Below are positions 58,033-64,000 of a DNA stretch of 64,000 nucleotides, one piece after another. How positions within the stretch are numbered: position 1 is the stretch's first letter; each line of letters starts with the position of its first letter. The stretch comes from Tolypothrix carrinoi HA7290-LM1 (GTDB taxonomy: Bacteria; Cyanobacteriota; Cyanobacteriia; Cyanobacteriales; Nostocaceae), in the NCBI GenBank assembly GCA_019358935.1, contig JAHHIK010000020.1, positions 1-64,000 of the forward strand, read 5' to 3'. The notes under the pieces are model-generated. The model worked only from the letters and a program-made list of their open reading frames with translations. It did not search any database and had not been told where the DNA came from. A program made the translations under genes and the position numbers.

Positions 58033-59334
58033 CTAACTCCTACTGCTATTCCACTCCTGCGCTGCATCCTCAACAGCTTTATCTACCGTTTTCTCACCCA
58101 GCATCGCTGCTTGCAGATTCTCATAAATTGCCTTTTGCAGCTTATTAAAATCCTTCAAAGTCGGAGTTAAAATTTCTGCTTGTTGCAACTCTTTCGCACT
58201 CATCGCCCGCGCAACTTCCAACGTTGAAGCACTAGCCGGCACATCTTTAAAGTAGCTGTCAGACAGCGCTTTGGTAGTCGATGGTAGAACATTTGCGGCT
58301 TTCGCAAACGCTAACTGATTCTCATCATTAGTGACAAATAGCGCGAATTTAACAGCCGCATCTGGTTGCTTAGTGTCGCGGGGGATAACTATATTCATCA
58401 CAGCGACATTTTTCTTACCCGTTTCACCAGTGATTTGCGGTGCGGTTGCGGAAACTTCAGCTATTTTCGGCGCATTTATGGCGATTTGCTTTAAAAATTC
58501 GGGACCACTAGCTAGTATTGCCGTTTCTCCAGCTTGGTACAAATCGATCGCATGACGATGACCTTGAGTTAACACCTCTTGTGGTAAAAGTTTCTTCTTG
58601 TACAAGTCTACCCAATATTGAAACGCCGCTTTCCCTTGGGGAGTGTTAAAAGCCGCTTTGCCTTCAGCATCTACCAAAGTTACCCCCATCTGCACCAAAG
58701 ACTCAATTACTTCACCCGAATCTTGTGGTACGAAAGTCACAAAAAAAGCATATTTCCCAGTTTTTTCCTTAATTTGTTGAGCAAAAACTGCTAATTCCGT
58801 GTAAGTACTGGGTACTTTATTAATGCTTAACTGTTTTAATAAAGCGGTGTTATATATAGTTAGCCGCGTGGTGAGATACCAGGGAATCCCAAAACTCTTG
58901 CCATTAAGTGTGCTTGCTTTCCATATATTCGGCAGATATGAAGAGCGTGTTTCGTTTGGGACTTTTGCATCTAAATTCAACCAGGCATTTCGTCCTGCAA
59001 GTTGAGATGCAAAATCCGGATTTAAGTTCACAACATCAGGTGGCGTTTTTCCGGAGACAGCTGTTAAGATTTTGTTCTCCATCGCTGCCCAAGGTACATC
59101 AACCCAGTTTACCTTTATACCGGGATTTTGTGTTTGAAAAGTGGCAATTAAGCTTTGAAAGTAGTTAGTAAATTGAGGTTGGAGTTGCATTGTCCAAAAC
59201 TCAATACTTGCCCCTGAAGAAGCTTGTTTTGTACTTGTGCCGACATTACCTGTTGTGCAGCTGACAATCCAACTGGTTAATAAGCCAAGCAGCACATAAA
59301 CAGTCAATCGTTTTAACTTTTGAATTTGAATCAT
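58033..59334 (-). CDS. Sugar ABC transporter substrate-binding lipoprotein
   Basis: ATG at 59334, lipobox-like IVSC, IEFWTMQL, PPDVVNLN, GIPWY; the longer ORF is repeat-derived. Confidence 0.85.
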   Translation of the reverse strand: MIQIQKLKRLTVYVLLGLLTSWIVSCTTGNVGTSTKQASSGASIEFWTMQLQPQFTNYFQSLIATFQTQNPGIKVNWVDVPWAAMENKILTAVSGKTPPDVVNLNPDFASQLAGRNAWLNLDAKVPNETRSSYLPNIWKASTLNGKSFGIPWYLTTRLTIYNTALLKQLSINKVPSTYTELAVFAQQIKEKTGKYAFFVTFVPQDSGEVIESLVQMGVTLVDAEGKAAFNTPQGKAAFQYWVDLYKKKLLPQEVLTQGHRHAIDLYQAGETAILASGPEFLKQIAINAPKIAEVSATAPQITGETGKKNVAVMNIVIPRDTKQPDAAVKFALFVTNDENQLAFAKAANVLPSTTKALSDSYFKDVPASASTLEVARAMSAKELQQAEILTPTLKDFNKLQKAIYENLQAAMLGEKTVDKAVEDAAQEWNSSRS

Positions 59335-59339
59335 CGTAC

Positions 59340-59482
59340 TAATTGGTAATTGGTAATTGGTAATTGGTAATTGGTAATTGGTAATTGGTAATTGGTAATT
59401 CCTCCTTGTCCTCCTTGTCCCCCTTGTCCCCCTTGTCCCCCATTCCCCATTCCCCATTACCAATTCCCCATTCCCCATTCCC
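59340..59482. repeat. STRR arrays (TAATTGG)n, (CCTTGTC)n, (TTCCCCA)n in a divergent intergenic region
   Basis: Direct reading. Confidence 0.9.
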
Positions 59483-59522
59483 CAAATTAAATTTTCTACT
59501 AAACAGTGCGGCACGAAAAACT

Positions 59523-60632
59523 GTGGTTAAAAATTTCCAGAAATTCTTTAGCAAATCAAATAAAGGAGTTGGGATAGAACTTGCTCCTGAGCGGGTGAAT
59601 ATAGCTCAACTACGCAAGCAGCGTCAAGGCTTAAAATTAGACTCCTTAACATCGGTTCCGGTTCCAGAAGGCATTTTTGTTGATGGTCAAATTACCGACC
59701 CCGCAGCAATGGCGGAATTAATTCAGCAAGCGCTAGCTGAAAGTAAAATTAAAGCTTCTCGCGTTGCGACTGCTGTACCGGGACGAGAATCAATTGTACG
59801 TTTGATTCCGGTGCCAGCAGAGTTAGATGACAAAGAACTGCGGGAAATGGTGCTTAACCACGAAGCCGGTTTGTATTTGCCTTATCCCCGCGAAGAAGCT
59901 GATGTTGATTATCAAAAACTTGGATACAAAGTAGATGAAGATGGCATTGAAAAAGTGGAGGTGCTTTTAGTTGCCACCCGTAAAGATATTACTGATTCTT
60001 ACGTAAGTACGTTTGAGCAAGCGGGATTGCAAATTGATGTTTTAGAAATTAGCAGTTTTGCTTTAATTCGGACAATTCGCGAAAAATTGCGGCAATTTGG
60101 ACCGCAAGAAGCGGCAGTGTTAGTTGATATCGAATTCGACAGTACAGAGATAGCGATCGTTGTTAACGGTGTGCCGCAATTTTCGCGCACAGTGCCAATA
60201 GGCACTTATCAAATGCAAAATGCTTTGTCAAAAGCGATGAATTTACCGACGTCACGAGACACGGAACTGTTGCAGGGAATGATTATTCCGACGACACCGA
60301 TGGAGGATCAAGGAAAAACCGGTGTTACTGGCGTTAATCCTGGTATGGCAGCGATGATGCGAGTATTGGGAGAATTAACAGATGAACTGCGCCGTTCAAT
60401 CGATTTTTACCTCAATCAAGCTGAAAATTTAGAAATAGCAGAGATTATGTTGGCAGGTTCGGGAGGGGGACTGGGGCAGTTAAATGACTTTTTCACCCAA
60501 AGATTAAGTTTACCAACTACTCAAATCGATCCGGTGGGTGCGCTGTCGTTGGAAATTGACGAGGAAAAATATCCCTTGGTGCAACGTCCTGGATTGGGAA
60601 TAGTACTTGGTCTAGGAATGCGGGAGGCGTAA
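59523..60632 (+). CDS. pilM: Type IV pilus assembly protein PilM
   Basis: GVGIELAPERVNI, VDIEFDSTEI, ELRRSIDFY, LAGSGGGL, LGLGMR; GTG at 59523. Confidence 0.92.
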   Translation: MVKNFQKFFSKSNKGVGIELAPERVNIAQLRKQRQGLKLDSLTSVPVPEGIFVDGQITDPAAMAELIQQALAESKIKASRVATAVPGRESIVRLIPVPAELDDKELREMVLNHEAGLYLPYPREEADVDYQKLGYKVDEDGIEKVEVLLVATRKDITDSYVSTFEQAGLQIDVLEISSFALIRTIREKLRQFGPQEAAVLVDIEFDSTEIAIVVNGVPQFSRTVPIGTYQMQNALSKAMNLPTSRDTELLQGMIIPTTPMEDQGKTGVTGVNPGMAAMMRVLGELTDELRRSIDFYLNQAENLEIAEIMLAGSGGGLGQLNDFFTQRLSLPTTQIDPVGALSLEIDEEKYPLVQRPGLGIVLGLGMREA

Positions 60633-60636
60633 CAAA

Positions 60637-61404
60637 ATGTACAGTTTAGAGGTTAATTTTCTTAAAGACCGCAAACCTGAACCGAAAAATACGAGCAAGA
60701 AGCCAAGACAGGCAATTTCTCTTGGTGATTTAACACCGATATATATAGGAGTTACTGTTGGTGTGATTTTCCCGGCTTTGGTGGGGGGTGGATGGTGGCT
60801 TTTGCAAGCGAAAAATACTGAGTTAGGAGAGAATATAGCCAAACTGGAGCAGCAGAATCAAGAATTAGAGTCGAAAGTTGGGAATATTAACAAAATCAAG
60901 GAAGAAACGAACAAAGTTAAACAAGAAACTCAAGCTTTAGTGACTGTATTTGACCAAATTCGACCTTGGTCAGCGATGTTGCAAGATATGCGCGATCGCA
61001 TTCCCGCAACTGTGCAAATTGAAAATATCAAGCAAATCGCACCCACTACCGCTGAAGGGCAGCAACCAGCCAATCCCGCTGGAGGAGTGGAAATTACTGG
61101 CTATGCTCGCTCTTTTAACGATGTCAACGATTTCTTACTCAGTCTGCAACAGTCGCGTTTCCTCAAATCCACCGAGGGCAAAATTACCACAGCAGAGTTA
61201 GTAGATGCCCCCATACCTCCCGGTACTGTTCAACCGCCAAATAGTGTATTAATTAAACCACCACAACTAGTTAAATATACGATTCAATCCAGCATGAGTG
61301 ATGTTCCGGCTTCTGAGTTAACCCGCGAGTTGGAGCAAAAAGGCACAGTCGGATTAGTCAGTAGAATTCGCAGTCTGCAACAAACAGGAGTCATTTCTAG
61401 ATGA
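60637..61404 (+). CDS. pilN: PilN
   Basis: MYSLEVNFL N-terminal motif, TM, coiled coil, ITGYARSFNDVNDF. Confidence 0.9.
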   Translation: MYSLEVNFLKDRKPEPKNTSKKPRQAISLGDLTPIYIGVTVGVIFPALVGGGWWLLQAKNTELGENIAKLEQQNQELESKVGNINKIKEETNKVKQETQALVTVFDQIRPWSAMLQDMRDRIPATVQIENIKQIAPTTAEGQQPANPAGGVEITGYARSFNDVNDFLLSLQQSRFLKSTEGKITTAELVDAPIPPGTVQPPNSVLIKPPQLVKYTIQSSMSDVPASELTRELEQKGTVGLVSRIRSLQQTGVISR

Positions 61405-62156
61405 CCTACAGTGATGATTTAAATTTTGGCGAGCAAGACGGTGCATTTGAGGCGGCTGGTTCTGCTTATCCTACCGCATTTGGCATTACCTTCACACCAA
61501 AAATCATTGGCATTTTGGCGGGGGTTTTGGGTTTGGGGGTAGCAGCTTTTATGCTTTTTAACTTAGTGATGCCGGCTTGGGACACCTTTCAACAACAGCA
61601 AGCAAAAAGCCAAGACTTAGATTCGCAAATTCAGCAAAAGAATGCCAGCATCCAACAAATTGGCAAAGTTAAAGAAGAACTAGCGCAATCAAAACAGCAA
61701 CAAATCCAAGTTTTATCTTTATTTGCGAATGAGAAAACCTTGGATACATTGCTACTTGATTTGAATCGCTTAGTTGAATCTGGTAATGCTCAAATTCCGG
61801 CAAATGCAGTTAAGGCAAAACTGAAGAAGTTTGCACCATCCGGACAGAAACCAGAACCGATTATCGATAGTAGTTTTGGACCACTAGTAAACGGCAAGTT
61901 GAAACGTAGCACTATTAATATTGAAATTCAAGGAACCTATGAACAAACACAATCGATTTTCCGCAATATAGAACGTTTACAGCCTTTGTTGCTAGTTAAA
62001 GATTATCAATCAACTTTGGCACCAGAACCTCCTGCTGAACCAGGTAAAAGCGTGCGTCGAATTGGTCCAGCACCGCTTACTACATCCTTCGTGTTACAAG
62101 CTTTGATGCCACTTAATGCCGAGGAAGTAGCAGCAGCAGCCAAAGCGAAGAAGTGA
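61401..62156 (+). CDS. pilO: PilO
   Basis: TM + coiled coil, LDTLLLDLNRL, GTYEQTQSIFRNIERLQPLL; operon position. Confidence 0.85.
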   Translation: MTYSDDLNFGEQDGAFEAAGSAYPTAFGITFTPKIIGILAGVLGLGVAAFMLFNLVMPAWDTFQQQQAKSQDLDSQIQQKNASIQQIGKVKEELAQSKQQQIQVLSLFANEKTLDTLLLDLNRLVESGNAQIPANAVKAKLKKFAPSGQKPEPIIDSSFGPLVNGKLKRSTINIEIQGTYEQTQSIFRNIERLQPLLLVKDYQSTLAPEPPAEPGKSVRRIGPAPLTTSFVLQALMPLNAEEVAAAAKAKK

Positions 62157-62172
62157 ATGAGACTCTCGCAAA

Positions 62173-62287
62173 GCCCTCAGGCTGGAAGCCTGGGGCTACA
62201 CGGACAAAGCCCACCTTCGTGGGCTGGATTTCTTAGCCCACGAAGGTGGGCTTCGTAAGATTAGCCCCAGGCTTATAGCCTGCGGGC
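62173..62287. repeat. 115-bp nested inverted-repeat (REP/MITE-like) element between pilO and pilQ
   Basis: GCCCTCAGGCTGGAAGCCTGGGGCTA / TAGCCCCAGGCTTATAGCCTGCGGGC arms enclosing AAGCCCACCTTCGTGGGCT / AGCCCACGAAGGTGGGCTT. Confidence 0.8.
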
Positions 62288-62325
62288 GGGGGAACTAAAT
62301 AATTTTATAAAGTGAGGAATGAACT

Positions 62326-64000
62326 GTGAAACTTCACGGTAATAGTTTTATATTGGCAGCCGCTGCTTTTGTCTTTGTAGCAGCTCAACCTGTGTCAGCA
62401 CAGACTACTGAAATTACTGATGTACAGTTAAATCCCGTTGATGGGGGAATTAATCTTGTATTAAAAACTTCTTCAGGTTCGCGCCCTCAAGTTTTTACCA
62501 CAAAACGCGGTAAAAGTCTAGTAGCAGATATTATTAATACGCAATTACGTTTACCTCAAGGTAATAGTTTCCGCCAAGATAACCCCGCACCGGGAATTAC
62601 CTCAGTAGCAATCAATCAGCTTGATGCTAATAGCATTCGGGTAACGGTGATTGGAGAGAAAGGAGTTCCCAATACTCAGCCTGTGAAGCGAGGAGGCAGC
62701 GGAATTACCCTCAGCTATAGCCCAGGAACGGAAGTAGCGGCAGGGGCACCAATTCCGACAGCGCCGGCTGCTTCTACCCCATCGCGATCGGCTCCTCTTG
62801 TCCCTAACCCGCAAGTGACGGTGGACGGGACACCGGCACAAGCAGCCGGTCCTGGTCAACCTGGGACAGCCGCACCGCCTTTTTTACCGAGAGCGGTTGC
62901 CCCACCAGTTGGAGATATTGCGATTTCTAATACTGATGCTTCTCCGAGCGTGATTGATTTGGGAACTCAAGAACGTGTCCCCCGCTTGGTGTTACGAGAT
63001 GCTCCAGTACGTGAAGTTTTATCACTGCTTGCTCGTGCTGCTAATTTGAACTTGGCTTACGCAGCAGGGGGACAAGGTGCTGATGGTAAGCCGGCTGCTG
63101 CTGCTGGGGGTGATGGACTGACAATTTCTTTAGATATTGAAAACGAGCCAGTGCAAGATGTTTTTAACTACGTTTTGCGTTTGAGTGGTTTAGAAGCTAA
63201 CCGCAGCGGACGCACGATTTTTGTGGGAAGTAACTTACCCAGTGCCACCCGTGATACGGTGATGCGTAATTTGCGACTCAATCAGGTGACGGTAGGAGTC
63301 GCCGTAAACTTTTTGGTCAGCTTAGGGGCAGAAAGTGCCATCAGCCGCGAACGACAAGTTACCAGCGTTAATGCTGTGCCTGTAGGTGCTGGAGTTGCGC
63401 CAATCACTCAATCTCAGACGACTACAGAAAGCAGAGTAGATACTCAACGTGTTGATTTTCAAGACTCAAAGCCATTACTAAGAGGTTTGCAAGCACTAGG
63501 AGACGAGCGCACCAATTCCCTAACTTTGATTGGTTCACCGAAGCTAGTTGAGATGGCGATGGCGCAACTAGGTCAGCTTGATATCCGGCGTCGTCAGGTA
63601 GCAGTTAACGTCAAAATTATCGACGTTAACCTCTTGAATACCCAAGACCAAAATACTAGCTTTTCCTTTGGCGTTGGCAATAACTTCTTTACGAGTGATG
63701 GTGGTGCAGCATCTCTGAATTTTGGCGGTTCCAGACCAGCTACTAGTGTTGAAGCTGCAAACAGTGTGACTAGTACGCCGGTCATCCAGAATCCAATTAC
63801 AGGAGCGCCCTTTTTTGACCCAAACAGCAGCGTAAATGTTCCAGGGACTACGCCTGGTACGATTGTGGTAGATTCTAACGGCAATACTTTTAGAACTCAA
63901 AATTCAGGAACTGGCAGTTTTTACACACCTGTTGCGCCTACTGGTAATCCCTTACGACCTGGTTTTTCTAGCATCACTCCAGCAACAGATAATATCGTGA
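62326..64000 (+). CDS. pilQ: Type IV pilus secretin PilQ with AMIN domain (runs off the window end)
   Basis: GTG after GAGGA; MKLHGNSFILAAAAFVFVAAQPVSAQ signal, LVLRDAPVREVLSLLARAA, DERTNSLTLIG, LDIRRRQVAVNVKI. Confidence 0.9.
   Translation, partial: MKLHGNSFILAAAAFVFVAAQPVSAQTTEITDVQLNPVDGGINLVLKTSSGSRPQVFTTKRGKSLVADIINTQLRLPQGNSFRQDNPAPGITSVAINQLDANSIRVTVIGEKGVPNTQPVKRGGSGITLSYSPGTEVAAGAPIPTAPAASTPSRSAPLVPNPQVTVDGTPAQAAGPGQPGTAAPPFLPRAVAPPVGDIAISNTDASPSVIDLGTQERVPRLVLRDAPVREVLSLLARAANLNLAYAAGGQGADGKPAAAAGGDGLTISLDIENEPVQDVFNYVLRLSGLEANRSGRTIFVGSNLPSATRDTVMRNLRLNQVTVGVAVNFLVSLGAESAISRERQVTSVNAVPVGAGVAPITQSQTTTESRVDTQRVDFQDSKPLLRGLQALGDERTNSLTLIGSPKLVEMAMAQLGQLDIRRRQVAVNVKIIDVNLLNTQDQNTSFSFGVGNNFFTSDGGAASLNFGGSRPATSVEAANSVTSTPVIQNPITGAPFFDPNSSVNVPGTTPGTIVVDSNGNTFRTQNSGTGSFYTPVAPTGNPLRPGFSSITPATDNIV

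Noticed and set aside
59335..59522. Long N-terminal extensions of the ABC binding protein and PilM in the ORF track
   Set aside because: Derived from STRR repeats; better starts at 59334 (minus) and 59523 (plus)

Overview
Chromosomal segment of a filamentous, probably heterocyst-forming (Nostocales-like) cyanobacterium, judged from abundant HIP1 octamers (GCGATCGC), STRR heptamer arrays, xisH/xisI and a beta-carboxysome locus. Core genes: cupB-ndhD4-ndhF4 divergent from ccmK2-K1-L-M-N-O and a CmpR/NdhR-type LysR regulator, then mnmE, phoD, ilvC, map, an M16 peptidase, psbY, folC and pilMNOQ. Accessory parts hold the right end of an IS200/IS605 element inserted in a kinase gene, several toxin-antitoxin modules with broken toxins, a GmrSD-type nuclease, an EndoU-like gene split by a 1.57-kb insert, and an uncharacterised cluster (Fe/2OG oxygenase, O-methyltransferase, BT1-like MFS transporter, two clan GH-J propellers). 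The most striking non-genic signal is a set of tiny insertion elements. A structured 45-nt element inserts without target duplication, in frame into genes and repeatedly into itself after its 29th nucleotide. A ~27-nt element inserts into HIP1 sites. Two related 21-bp-period arrays are also present. All calls are by eye; no database search was run.
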